In this document: positions 18,767-28,899 of the stretch, piece after piece
Position numbering within the stretch: position 1 is the first letter of the stretch
How the letters are laid out: every line of letters starts with the position of its first letter
From: Armatimonadota bacterium
Lineage (GTDB): Bacteria; Armatimonadota; HRBIN16
NCBI GenBank assembly: GCA_963677485.1
Contig: OY781964.1
Span: 1,664,001 to 1,728,000, forward strand
Direction of reading: 5' to 3'
Length of the DNA stretch: 64,000 nucleotides
Program-made: the position numbers and the translations under genes
Notes under the pieces: model-generated
What the model was told of the DNA's origin: nothing
What the model saw: the letters and a program-made list of their open reading frames with translations, nothing else
The model's database searches: none

Positions 18767-21235
18767 ATGGCCAACATTCATCTCGTTTGCAACGCACATC
18801 TCGACCCCGTTTGGATGTGGGAGTGGGAAGAAGGGGCGGCTGCAGCCATCTCTACTTTCCGCACCGCTGCCGATATCTGCGAAAAGTTCGAGCACTTTAT
18901 CTTCAACCACAACGAAGCGGTGCTCTATGAATGGATAGAGGAGTTCGAACCCTCGCTCTTTGCCCGCATCCAAAAGCTGGTCGCGGAGGGCAAATGGCAC
19001 ATCATGGGCGGATGGTATATCCAGCCCGACTGTAACATGCCCAGCGGCGAATCCATCCTGAGACAGATTCAAGCTGGACGAAACTATTTCGCCGAGAAAT
19101 TCGGCAAGAAGCCCACCACCGCCATCAACTTCGACCCGTTTGGCCACTCGCAGGGCATGGTGCAGCTTCTAGCCAAAACCGGCTATGACAGCTACATCTT
19201 CTGCCGCGGCATCGATGGCGGCTCCTACAACTACCCGTTCGTGTGGAAAGGCTACTGCGACAGCCAGGTGATCGGCCTGCATGTGCCCGGCTACAACAGC
19301 CCGCTAGGCAAGGCCGCGGATTGGGCTAAAGCGCGCGGGGCCGATCTGCATGGCGATGGTCCCTTCATGGTGCTCTGGGGCGTGGGCGACCACGGCGGCG
19401 GGCCATCTCATCAGGACGTGGCCGATCTGGGATCGGTGCTGGGCGAACATGGTGAGCATGTGTTCCTGCACAGCGTGCCGGAGAGCTATTTCGCGGAGAT
19501 CAAGAAGAACATCGACAACCTGCCTGTGGTGGCTAAGAGCCTGAACCCCAGCATGGTGGGATGCTATACCAGCCAGTGCCGTATCAAGCAGACCCATCGG
19601 CTGCTGGAAAACGAGCTGCTGCTGACCGAGAAAATCTGCACGAACGCCGCGCTTCAGGGGTATATGAACTATCCCGCCGAAAATGTGCTGCAGGCTCAGC
19701 GCGATCTGCTGTTCTCTGAGTTCCACGACATCCTTCCTGGCAGCTCTGTGCAGTTGGTAGAGGACGCCTCCCTGCGCAAGATGCAGCACGCTCTGGAGCA
19801 CCTCTCCACCGAGCGGGCGAAGGCGTTCTTCGCGCTCTGCGCTGGCCAGCCTGCTGCTCAGCCGGGTGAAATCCCGGTGGTGGTCTACAACCCGCACCCA
19901 TATCCTGTGAAGGCGCTGGTGGAGTGTGAGTTCCAACTGGCTGACCAAAACTGGGCAGACAACTTCACCGTCACCCCCGTCACCAAAGACGGCGTGGAGC
20001 TGAAAAGCCAGAACCTGAAGGAACACGCGAACCTGAACCTGGACTGGCGCAAGCGGGTGGCCTTCTGGGCCGAACTGGCTCCCAGCCAGATCAACCGGTT
20101 CGACTGCCGCACAGTCTCGCTGCCAGCAAAACCGGCCATGCCAGAGCAGGACGAAACAAAAGACATCGTGCTGAGCAACGACCGGCTGCAGATGATCGTC
20201 AGCCGCGAGACGGGCATGATATCCAGCTATGTGGTGGATGGTGTGGAGATGATCGCCGACAAGGCGATGCGTCTGCTGGTCATTCAGGACAACGAGGACC
20301 CGTGGGGCATGACCGTGAACAGCTTCCGCGATGTCATCGGCAGCTTCACGCCGATGAGTCCGGAGCGTTCGGCTCAGTTCAGCGGGGTGCGAGCGTCCTC
20401 CCTGCCAGCCACCCGCATCGTGGAACATGGCGATGTGATCACGATGGTCGAAAGCTGCCTGGAGTTCGAGTACAGCAGCGCCTGTGTGCAGTTCCTGTTC
20501 CCCACAGAGGGCATCGAAGTTGAGATCCGGCTGAACCTGTTCTGGAACGAAAAGAACCGTATGTGCAAGCTGGCGGTTGGCCGTGATGTGGAACTGGCGC
20601 AAGCGGTGGGTCAGGTGATGTTCGGCACCGAGCTGCTGGCCGCGTCCGGTGATGAGCTGGTGGCCCAGAAGTGGGTGGCCTCGCAGTATGCCGATGGCCG
20701 CAGCCTGAGCATCGTAAATGACGGCACCTACGGTCTGAGCATCGAACCGTGCGGTGAAGTGCGCCTCAGTCTGCTGCGGAGCACCGCCTACTCCGGCCAC
20801 CCGATTGGCGACCGGCCAATCATGCCTCAGAACCGCTACATGCCGCGCATCGACCAGGGCGAACGGCACTTCAAGTTCTGGCTGAACGCCGGATGCACCG
20901 ACTCGCGCATGATGGAGATCGACCGTGAGGCACTGGCCCACAACGAGAAGCCGATCATCCTCAGCTTCTTCCCGCATGGCGGTGGTGAGATGCCTCTGCC
21001 AGGGATGCTGTGTGAAGGTGAGGGTGTGCAAGTCACCGCGCTGCAGTTCATCGAGGGCGGCTCCGCGCTGCTGATGCGGCTGTTCAACCCCACGCAGAAC
21101 ACCCTGCCGGCGAAGCTGAGCATCCCCGCACTAAAGGCGGAGATCAGCACCAGTCTGCGACCACTGGAGCTGCAGGCGTTCCGCGTGGAGAACCCCTCCG
21201 GCGCGGTGCGCGCCTGCGACCTTCTGGGTAACTAG
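18767..21235 (+). CDS. Alpha-mannosidase, glycoside hydrolase family 38
   Basis: NAHLDPVWMW Zn motif, NFDPFGHS nucleophile, GVGDHGGGP, FHDILPGSS. Confidence 0.95.
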   Translation: MANIHLVCNAHLDPVWMWEWEEGAAAAISTFRTAADICEKFEHFIFNHNEAVLYEWIEEFEPSLFARIQKLVAEGKWHIMGGWYIQPDCNMPSGESILRQIQAGRNYFAEKFGKKPTTAINFDPFGHSQGMVQLLAKTGYDSYIFCRGIDGGSYNYPFVWKGYCDSQVIGLHVPGYNSPLGKAADWAKARGADLHGDGPFMVLWGVGDHGGGPSHQDVADLGSVLGEHGEHVFLHSVPESYFAEIKKNIDNLPVVAKSLNPSMVGCYTSQCRIKQTHRLLENELLLTEKICTNAALQGYMNYPAENVLQAQRDLLFSEFHDILPGSSVQLVEDASLRKMQHALEHLSTERAKAFFALCAGQPAAQPGEIPVVVYNPHPYPVKALVECEFQLADQNWADNFTVTPVTKDGVELKSQNLKEHANLNLDWRKRVAFWAELAPSQINRFDCRTVSLPAKPAMPEQDETKDIVLSNDRLQMIVSRETGMISSYVVDGVEMIADKAMRLLVIQDNEDPWGMTVNSFRDVIGSFTPMSPERSAQFSGVRASSLPATRIVEHGDVITMVESCLEFEYSSACVQFLFPTEGIEVEIRLNLFWNEKNRMCKLAVGRDVELAQAVGQVMFGTELLAASGDELVAQKWVASQYADGRSLSIVNDGTYGLSIEPCGEVRLSLLRSTAYSGHPIGDRPIMPQNRYMPRIDQGERHFKFWLNAGCTDSRMMEIDREALAHNEKPIILSFFPHGGGEMPLPGMLCEGEGVQVTALQFIEGGSALLMRLFNPTQNTLPAKLSIPALKAEISTSLRPLELQAFRVENPSGAVRACDLLGN

Positions 21236-21247
21236 CCAGAATGCAAT

Positions 21248-21275
21248 TTAGGGGCACCGCGTGCGGTGCCCCTAA
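21248..21275. terminator. Hairpin between convergent genes (bidirectional terminator candidate)
   Basis: ttaggggcaccg-cgtg-cggtgcccctaa. Confidence 0.7.
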
Positions 21276-21314
21276 CGGTTTGAGCCGATTTCATAACTAT
21301 CCCCGGCAGCAGCG

Positions 21315-23168
21315 CTACCTTTCGTAATGGTAGTTGAATACCCTCGCTGGCGCGCTGTTGCCATTGATGCCGAACTCTTTAATATCTCCCAGCTTCTGTA
21401 TGTTGTCCACCCAGTGAAAGTTGAACGCCATTTTACCCGTGTTTTTATAGCCCAGTAGTGACTTGGGAATGCGTATCTCCATCTTGTTTCCGAGCACTCT
21501 GTAGGTGACCTTACCGACGGTCTGCCATTGCCAACCTCCGCCCAGGTTCTTCTTGACGGTGGTCGTGCTAGCGTTCAGAGCCGGGCAGTTGATGAGGTAG
21601 TCATACCCCTTCCAGCCGGTGGAGTGCTTGCAGTCGCTGTCGATATACAGCATCATCCAGTTGGGGTCATTGTAGCTGGTGATGGGCTGTCTGGTCTGGG
21701 CGTAGAAGTATATGTATTGCGAATCCGTGGCGACTTTGAGCACGTTGAACTCGTTGCGGCCGGTGGTGTTGGTGTAGTGCAGCCGCGGTTTTTTGGGGTC
21801 GGCATCCACAAATCCCCAGCCATCATGGTCGCGGTGCAGCGCTGCTCCCACCATAGAGTTATATTCGGGTCGTACGCTGCTCCAGTCGCTGAAGTCGCCC
21901 TTCATCTTGATGGTCTTCGGAGAGCTGGCGGCTTCCGGCTTGCGCACGCCCTTGAACCTGCGGATGTAGCTGGCAAGCTGGTAGTAATACAGGTCACCGT
22001 GCCCGCCTTTTTGCGGTTCGATGTCACGGCTGAACTCTTCGGAATATGAATCGACGAACAACGAGTTGCCCTTATCGCCAGGAAAGCGCAGCTTACGCGT
22101 CCACATCCACTCGTTGGGGATGGGCTCTTTATTGTCCTCAAGGCGCTGACCTATCCACTCATTCCAGGCTGACACATACACGAACTTGGGGTTTACTTGC
22201 AGAACCCTTTGCCATTGGTCCGCGAAGTTATGGCCCTTGAAGTCGCGCTGCTCAGGCGGCGGCTCGACACCGTCATGGAAACTGCGTCCGCGAGCGGTGA
22301 TTGTGCTGACATAGTTCAACTGAGCAGCCGGCGAAACCGGCATCTCTTCCGGCACTCCGGGGACATGCCAGCCGTAGGGTTGAGGGAACCACTCGATGAA
22401 CGACCACTGGTCGGCTGCCGGCAACCGTTCCTTCTCGGCAGTGGGTAGGTTCATCCGTTCGGCGGCGTTGTTGAAGCTCCATGTCCGCCGAAACGTGAAG
22501 TAGGCCTTGACCTTCGCATCCACTCCGTCCGAGGGGCACAGAATGAGCGGCTTTCCTTGATAGATGAACCAGTTTTTGCTGTATTTGCCGGATTTGAAGA
22601 ATTCTTCGTACACCTCACCAACCCGGCGCACATGGTTGGTGTTCAGGAAGAATACCACTTTGGGAGGGTTGCCACCCTCCTTGCGGATCTGGTCTAGCGT
22701 TTCCAGAAGCACCCTCACGGTGGAGGCGTAGGTTTCGTTGTTGGTGATGTCAATCGCAATGATGTCCACCCCCGCCAGCATCAGCAGCTCCATGTGCTTA
22801 CGGATCACCCAGGTGTCTTTAGAGAGATAGTATCCCAGCTCCGGTTGATCCCAGTAATGGAACTCATACAGGCCGCCCCATTTTGGGTTAGCGGGGTTTG
22901 CAGCCAGAATCTGCGTGGTATTAAATGGGCCACCGCGGTTCGCTCCCATGCCAGCCGAGACACTGTCATCAAACCAGGGCTCGTAGGTGATGATCACGTG
23001 CTTCTCCGGGTCCAGCGGGCCGCACTCCTTGTATCCCGGGAGGGCTCTACCCAGTGCATCGGTGGCAACCAGGGTATCGCCTTTCAGGTCGTAAGCATGG
23101 GCACCAGTTTGGCCAAGGCCACACAGCAAAGTGGCGCATATCAGAGCGGGAACTGCGAGCTGTTTCAT
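21315..23168 (-). CDS. Secreted GH99/GH71-like glycoside hydrolase with C-terminal beta domain
   Basis: Signal peptide; HYW.QPELGYY, AGVD.IAIDITN, AWNEW, EFSRDIEP. Confidence 0.75.
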   Translation of the reverse strand: MKQLAVPALICATLLCGLGQTGAHAYDLKGDTLVATDALGRALPGYKECGPLDPEKHVIITYEPWFDDSVSAGMGANRGGPFNTTQILAANPANPKWGGLYEFHYWDQPELGYYLSKDTWVIRKHMELLMLAGVDIIAIDITNNETYASTVRVLLETLDQIRKEGGNPPKVVFFLNTNHVRRVGEVYEEFFKSGKYSKNWFIYQGKPLILCPSDGVDAKVKAYFTFRRTWSFNNAAERMNLPTAEKERLPAADQWSFIEWFPQPYGWHVPGVPEEMPVSPAAQLNYVSTITARGRSFHDGVEPPPEQRDFKGHNFADQWQRVLQVNPKFVYVSAWNEWIGQRLEDNKEPIPNEWMWTRKLRFPGDKGNSLFVDSYSEEFSRDIEPQKGGHGDLYYYQLASYIRRFKGVRKPEAASSPKTIKMKGDFSDWSSVRPEYNSMVGAALHRDHDGWGFVDADPKKPRLHYTNTTGRNEFNVLKVATDSQYIYFYAQTRQPITSYNDPNWMMLYIDSDCKHSTGWKGYDYLINCPALNASTTTVKKNLGGGWQWQTVGKVTYRVLGNKMEIRIPKSLLGYKNTGKMAFNFHWVDNIQKLGDIKEFGINGNSAPARVFNYHYER

Positions 23169-23304
23169 AAATCAAACCCCTTCACGTCAGCAGAGAGTCA
23201 AGACACTGCATCACATTATAACGCCATAGTGGAATTACTTACCAGGAAGGCATCTACATTGCGGAAATAGTTACCAAGTTTCTACTGGCTTTGTGTGGGT
23301 ATGG

Positions 23305-23510
23305 TCTCACGCGAAGACGCGAAGACGCGAAGGGGAGGATTCATCCACAGATTACGCAGATTACACAGATCATTCAACGCGGAGGGGCAGGTATAGCTGA
23401 GCGACGTGGAGTTTGCCTTATGGAAGACTGCGCCAGGTTATCTCCTCTTTACACGATGCATCTGTGTAATCTGTGTAATCTGTGGATAAATCCTTCTCTT
23501 CGCGTGAGTA
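23305..23510. repeat. Mosaic intergenic repeat array 2 (nested inverted)
   Basis: tctcacgcgaagacgcgaagacgcgaa; atccacagattacgcagattacacagat with inverse atctgtgtaatctgtgtaatctgtggat; closing ttcgcgtgag. Confidence 0.85.
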
Positions 23511-23588
23511 AAACTGCGGTATTGCCCTGCACGCCACATCGTGTTAGAGTGTGAGTTAAGTGCCAGCCACAACTGCGGAGTATTACTG

Positions 23589-24743
23589 ATGACTACACGG
23601 ACCACCCGAATTGCCTCGCTAGTCGAAGAAGTGAAGAACGCCTACCCACCCGAGCGTCTCGCGGCCTCCAAGCACCGCATGTCAGCGGCCTGGGCCGGGG
23701 AGCCGTCGTCAGACGCCATCCCCTTTGTGTTCCGATGCCTCCCGCCACCGGCCGACCCAGAGCTGGCGGCCTGTGCGGCTCAGACCACCCATGAGGAGGC
23801 GCTGCTTTGCCAGTTGGGCATGATCCTGGAGCGCAGCGTGCTCAATGACGACTACGTGCCGGGGCTTTCGCCAGGTCTGCGCCAACTGACCCTGCCTTCT
23901 CTTTTCGGGGCCAGGGATGAGAACCACGGCGGGCACGATTGGGTCATGCCGTTGATCACTGAACCCGATGATGTCTACCGGCTGTCCGAGCCCAACTACG
24001 GTGGGGGCACCATGGCCGCGTTCATGCTGGAGAGGGCGAACTATTTTCTGGAGATGACCGATGGGCAGATCGGTGTGAACATCCCCGACCTGCAGGGGCC
24101 GTTTTCGGTCGCCAGCCAGCTCTGGGGCGTTCAGGAGTTCCTGATGGCCGTGTACGAGTACCCTGAGCACGTAGCCGAGTTGATGCGCCGCACCACGGAG
24201 GCCACGATCGGTTATATCAGCCAGCTTCGTGAGGCGATAGGCGAGCATCTGGTGCCAATCCACTGCCATCCTGACGCCTGGATGCCTTCTACTGCAGGGA
24301 TGTGCATCAGCGAGGACCTGATTGCGGTGGTCTCGCCGAGGATCTGCCGTGAGTATATCAACCCAAGCCTGGATGCGGTGGGACGCGCCTTCGGCCAATG
24401 TTATGCGCACACCTGCGGAGACGCCCAGCCCTGCGTGGATGCGCTGCTGGAAGTGGAGCACCTGAAGGGCATGAACTTCAGCACATGCGAAACCAACTTC
24501 GAGCAGGTCGCCGCCCGTACCAAAGAGCAATGGGTGCTGTTCCCGCACAGGTCGCCTGTGGCTACCGCCCACATGCGTATTCTGAGCCCAGAGGAGCACG
24601 TTCAGACTGCGTTCCGTGCGATGCGAACCCACCATGTGCCGGGGTTTGTGCATGTGGACCGCTGGCCTGATTACCTGCCGCCGTCACACCCGGATATGCA
24701 GGCGTTTTGTGCTCGCGTGCGGGATTGGGCCAACGGCATGTAG
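23589..24743 (+). CDS. Uroporphyrinogen decarboxylase (URO-D/MtaA-CmuA) family protein
   Basis: PDLQGPFSVA, ISED..AVVSP, HTCG; GGAG RBS. Confidence 0.8.
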   Translation: MTTRTTRIASLVEEVKNAYPPERLAASKHRMSAAWAGEPSSDAIPFVFRCLPPPADPELAACAAQTTHEEALLCQLGMILERSVLNDDYVPGLSPGLRQLTLPSLFGARDENHGGHDWVMPLITEPDDVYRLSEPNYGGGTMAAFMLERANYFLEMTDGQIGVNIPDLQGPFSVASQLWGVQEFLMAVYEYPEHVAELMRRTTEATIGYISQLREAIGEHLVPIHCHPDAWMPSTAGMCISEDLIAVVSPRICREYINPSLDAVGRAFGQCYAHTCGDAQPCVDALLEVEHLKGMNFSTCETNFEQVAARTKEQWVLFPHRSPVATAHMRILSPEEHVQTAFRAMRTHHVPGFVHVDRWPDYLPPSHPDMQAFCARVRDWANGM

Positions 24744-24812
24744 GGGCAGGCCCCTGTGCCTGCCCAGTCGGGGCGACTTGAATCAGGGCGACCACAGGGG
24801 GATCGCCCCTAC
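24740..24812. repeat. GTAG-type REP pair
   Basis: gtaggggcaggcccctgtgcctgccc ... gggcgaccacagggggatcgcccctac. Confidence 0.75.
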
Positions 24813-24831
24813 CATTATCGAAAGGACACCA

Positions 24832-25956
24832 ATGTCAAACAGCATATACCGCGAACGCTTTCGCCTGACCTTGGATCACAAGCCGGTCGACCGGTGCCCC
24901 ATCGACCTGGGCGGCACGCCGCAGTCCACGGTTGACGATGGCTCCGTGATCACCAACCTGGCGAAGCATTTTGGATTCACCGGTCACCCGCCAGCCGATT
25001 ACGACAAATTCGACCGGCGCATCCTGGCGCACTGGGACATCGACTTCAGGCGAGTGGGCTGCCTGGTACCGTTCCAGAACGAGCGCTGCCAGCCGATGCA
25101 GAACAACCAGTTCGTGGACGCCTACGGTATCCGCTATCGCTTCAGCGGGATTTACTGGGAGATGGTCGACAGCCCCCTACATGGCGCCAGCATGGATCAG
25201 CTTGCGGCCTACGAGTTCCCAACTCTAGACATGGTGCCAGCGGGCACACTGGAGGACTGCGCCAAGAGGGCGAAGCAGCTCTATGAGCAGACAGGCTACG
25301 TGATCGCGGGGGAACACCCGGTTTTTGGCGTGCTGGAGCTGGCCTGCTGGCTGTGCGGCTACGACCACATCATGTTGATGTTGGCCAGTGAGCCGGAGTT
25401 TATCCATCTGCTGTTTGGGAAGATACTGGAGTTTCAAAAGCTGGTCATCCGAGCCTATTACGAGAAGCTGGGCCCGTATATACACCTCACCACCAGCGGG
25501 GATGACTTCGGCACGCAAAAGGGGCTGTTCATGTCACCCAGGATGTGGCGCGAGTTCGTGAAGCCGTATATGCGTGAACGCATCAGTTACACCGCGAAGT
25601 TCACCGATGCCGTTTATATACACCACACCTGCGGGGCGGTCTACGACATCATCCCCGACTTGATTGAGATAGGGGTAAAGATACTGAACCCCATCCAGCC
25701 GATGGCCGCGGGCATGGATCCGTTACGGCTCAAGCAGACCTTCGGCGACCAAATCGTGTTCCATGGCGGTCTGGACACGCAGCAGGTTCTACCTGGTGGC
25801 GACAAGCAGCAGATCACCGACGCCGTGCGCAGTCTGCTGGAGGTGATGCACCCCCGCATCGACGGTGGCTATATCTTCGCCGCCGCGCATAATATCCAGG
25901 GGGATGTCTCCGCCGCCTCCGTCGCCGCGATGTATGACGCCGCACTGGGCGGGTAG
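24832..25956 (+). CDS. Uroporphyrinogen decarboxylase family protein
   Basis: DRCPIDLGG, GDDFGTQ.GLFMSP, HHTCGAV, LNPIQP, FHGGLDTQ, GGYIFAAAHNIQ; start at ATG 24832 after AAGGA. Confidence 0.9.
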   Translation: MSNSIYRERFRLTLDHKPVDRCPIDLGGTPQSTVDDGSVITNLAKHFGFTGHPPADYDKFDRRILAHWDIDFRRVGCLVPFQNERCQPMQNNQFVDAYGIRYRFSGIYWEMVDSPLHGASMDQLAAYEFPTLDMVPAGTLEDCAKRAKQLYEQTGYVIAGEHPVFGVLELACWLCGYDHIMLMLASEPEFIHLLFGKILEFQKLVIRAYYEKLGPYIHLTTSGDDFGTQKGLFMSPRMWREFVKPYMRERISYTAKFTDAVYIHHTCGAVYDIIPDLIEIGVKILNPIQPMAAGMDPLRLKQTFGDQIVFHGGLDTQQVLPGGDKQQITDAVRSLLEVMHPRIDGGYIFAAAHNIQGDVSAASVAAMYDAALGG

Positions 25957-26003
25957 GGTGGGCATTTCTCACGCGGAGACGCAACCGTTATGATATCGTG
26001 CGA

Positions 26004-26135
26004 TTAGTGTTTTATGAGGCGAACTCGTAGATTTGCCACGGTGTAGATCTTAACTATTTTAGCACGATCTAGTGCTTTCGTCTGCCGGAGTACCTTTGAC
26101 TCGAACTCCTTTCGGGGATCACCACGAGTTATGAT
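26004..26135 (-). pseudogene. C-terminal fragment of the IS-disrupted helicase-nuclease gene
   Basis: Reads IITRGDPRKEFESKVLRQ...VRLIKH*, continuing the 27565-28754 frame across the target duplication. Confidence 0.8.
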
Positions 26136-26185
26136 TGAGCGGCACCCGAATTTTTACAGACAGAATATTAAGGTAAACTGAGTTC

Positions 26186-26618
26186 ATGAAGACACATCAT
26201 TTGAATGATCCGGATCCGATGTCTGTTCCGACGTCCGAGGTGGAAAGAGCCCCGGAAGGAGCGCGGAGCGCGACTGAAGGGGCGAGTTCCACCCCGGACG
26301 TAAATTTTTTACCGGAGAGCCGACGGTGGTCCTGCCGACGCAAACTTGAGGTGGTTCAACGCTTGATTGGCGGCGAATCCTTGGAGATCGTATCAAGGCA
26401 AATAGGTGTACCGATATATCAGATTGAGGAGTGGCGTGATAGAGTGAGCCCTGGCTGGCATGGAATCCGCTCTGAAGATACGTGTTCAAGATCCCTTAGA
26501 GCATCAGCTCAAAGAGGCCCAGCGACGTATCGGTGAGCAATCTATGGAGATTGAACTCCTATACGAGCGATGTCACCGGAGAGAAGCCCCTTTTACGCGG
26601 GGGAAATTACGGAAATGA
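26186..26618 (+). pseudogene. IS orfA (HTH) with an apparent 4-nt insertion frameshift
   Basis: RRWS.RRKLEVV.RL..GESLE..SR..GV....EEWRDR continues in another frame as ALAGMESALK...IGEQSMEIELL..* after an extra gtga near 26444. Confidence 0.65.
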
Positions 26619-27529
26619 GCACTGCCATTTCCCCCGCCACATGCGCTCACTATGGTGTAGAAAGGGTATGCCGAGTTTGGGAACAACCTCGCTCTACCTA
26701 CTATATGCAAATCACAGAGGTTGTTCATCCTGCTTTAAGCACACCCAGGCTAAAGCGTGGACCCAAGACCTCCGTTTCCGATGATGAACTATTGGAAGCG
26801 ATCAAGCTTGTAATCAATGGCTCTCCATTTCAAGGTGAAGGCTATAAGAAAATCCACGCGTCACTGCACTTTGGAGCACAGAAGTTGCGAGTGGGCAGGA
26901 ACCGTGTGCTTCGGCTAATGCGTAACAATGAGCTTCTATCGCCTTATCGCAGACCTAAGGCAGATACTAATCAACACAATGGAACGATCATTACTGATGC
27001 TCCCAATATCATGTGGGGTACTGACGGCACACAGGTGCGGACGGTTGATGATGGAAATATCTGGATATTCAGTGCGGTAGAACACTGGAACGGTGAGTGC
27101 GTAGGCATATATGTCTGCAAACTCGGTACCCGGTTCAACGCCGTTCAACCTGTGCTTGAAGGGGTTCAGGCTATATATGGCAGCGTAGAGCGTGCTGTCG
27201 CCAACGGGCTTACTCTGAGACTCGACAACGGATCCGCAAATTGCTCCGATCACTTCCAGTATGAAATCAAGCGGCTGGGGATCACACCCAGCTTCAGCTA
27301 TGTGCAACAGCCCCAGACAAATGGTGTGGTTGAGCGATTCAACCGGACACTAAAGGAACAGGTCATTTACGCACATGTATTTCAGAATGTCGACGAAGTG
27401 AGGGAAGCAGTGCTACAATTCAAACAGGAGTACAATCGTTCGTGGCGATTGGAGAAGATGGGATTCAAAACGCCGCTTGAAACCCGCCAGTGCTTTGTAG
27501 AAGAGCACTCCATTACAACTGCGGCTTAA
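26615..27529 (+). CDS. DDE transposase (integrase core), orfB
   Basis: GYKKI HTH, WGTDGT, LDNGS, PQTNGVVERFNRTLKE; ATGA overlap with the orfA stop. Confidence 0.9.
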   Translation: MSTAISPATCAHYGVERVCRVWEQPRSTYYMQITEVVHPALSTPRLKRGPKTSVSDDELLEAIKLVINGSPFQGEGYKKIHASLHFGAQKLRVGRNRVLRLMRNNELLSPYRRPKADTNQHNGTIITDAPNIMWGTDGTQVRTVDDGNIWIFSAVEHWNGECVGIYVCKLGTRFNAVQPVLEGVQAIYGSVERAVANGLTLRLDNGSANCSDHFQYEIKRLGITPSFSYVQQPQTNGVVERFNRTLKEQVIYAHVFQNVDEVREAVLQFKQEYNRSWRLEKMGFKTPLETRQCFVEEHSITTAA

Positions 27530-27564
27530 CACTAACCCGTGTCTGTGTAACCGGGTGCGATACA

Positions 27565-28759
27565 CCACGAGTTATGATCTCTAGCTTCTTCAGGACATAG
27601 GTTGTAAGCATGTCCATCTTACATGATTGGTTTGGACATTCCTTCAAAACAGAAATAATGGCATCTTTGATATCTTTGAGAGGGACATTCTGAACTGGTC
27701 TGCGAAGAGCAGGAACCTGGGGAGCCTCGATATTACTAGATTGTCTGTTGTCCTGCTTCTGATGTGGTAGTTGATCACTAGCACTAATCGTTGACCCCGG
27801 TTTCTGAACCGTATCTAATGTTGAATCATCATGAAAATCTTGTCGATCACCAACATCATCTGTTTGATTGTGACTTTGAGGATATATTTGCTTTTGATCT
27901 AGATAGTCTACGAGTCCTTGCACTACAGATTCTTGATTGGCATAAAATGATGATTCCGTGATTCTGTAGAACTGCCAACCACATCTTTCTAACATTCGTT
28001 GACGTTGATTGTCATCGTCAAATCGATCTGGACCATGCCATGCATCCCCATCGCATTCCACTGCTAGTCTGCACGTACCCCCCTCAACTACAAGGTCAAT
28101 ACGCTTGCCTGCAACCTCATATTGCGGTAACACAGCGTATCCGCGTGCAGCTAAAGCAACGGCGACATCAACCTCAAACCAGCTTTCAAAGGGCAGCATC
28201 GGCTTAATTTGACTCCGATTGACATTTGTAGATGATCGAAGTATTTCCTCATATTGAATACCCGCAATATTCCTGTTAACTGGTTCCATGAAGAACTTTA
28301 CCAACCGTTGGCGGTAGTCGCTATTACTTAAGTCTTCTGGCCTTACGGAGCAAAACAACCACATTTGGTCTTTGGCCCGACTAGCTGCAACGTTAAATCT
28401 TCGTTTATCTTCATCCTTAGTGAGTGCGCCTATCCGCATGTTAGATGCAGCTACCATTGATAGGAATATAACATCACGCTCATCCCCTTGAAAACTATAC
28501 GGCTTACCGCATACTATCCGTCGTTTCCTAAACTCTTGAATGCCGATCTTATCTAGAAGAAGTTTCTGTATATAGTCGGCTTGAGCATCCCCTTGTAGTG
28601 TAATCACACCCATGGTCTTATCATTATAACGGGGATCATGACATATATTAGCAATAGTATCTACAAGAGCACTGGCTTCGTTCTTATTTATAACACGGCT
28701 TTGATCACCTTCACGAAATCCGTTCTTGATATACCGCCACTCTAGTGGGCGCAACCGAT
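27565..28759 (-). pseudogene. Middle fragment of helicase-nuclease gene (AAA_12 + Vsr-like/MTES_1575 nuclease)
   Basis: FQGDERD, FNVAASRAK, FESWFEVDV, RIDLVV, AVECDGDAWH, RQRMLERCGW. Confidence 0.9.
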
Positions 28760-28899
28760 TGTCGCTAATCGGGTTACACTATACCAGCCCATTCGGCATG
28801 TGTGAGCCACCCATGTTCGGCATGACTATACCACTCTAGCCGTGTTTCTTTGCCCCTGACCGCCTAAATGATAGACACAGTTTTATCAGGAGGGCATAC

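Larger units (their letters stand above)
26136..27564 (+). mobile_element. IS3/IS481-like insertion sequence with 14-bp target duplication
   Basis: Left end TGAGCGGCACCCGAATTTTTACAGACA; reverse complement of right end TGTATCGCACCCGGTTACACAGACA; flanked by CCACGAGTTATGAT at 26122-26135 and 27565-27578. Confidence 0.9.

Noticed and set aside
19304-21031. 575-aa antisense ORF (also 3559-4614, 23709-24653, 47226-48389, 52257-53198, 63149-63994)
   Set aside because: Shadow ORFs opposite well-supported genes, expected from GC-rich codon bias; no motifs.
24616-24831. N-terminal extension of the second URO-D ORF
   Set aside because: Runs through the previous gene and a REP; the RBS supports ATG 24832.
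27513-28754. Stand-alone 413-aa nuclease gene
   Set aside because: It is the middle piece of the IS-split helicase; its apparent start and stop arise from the IS junctions.
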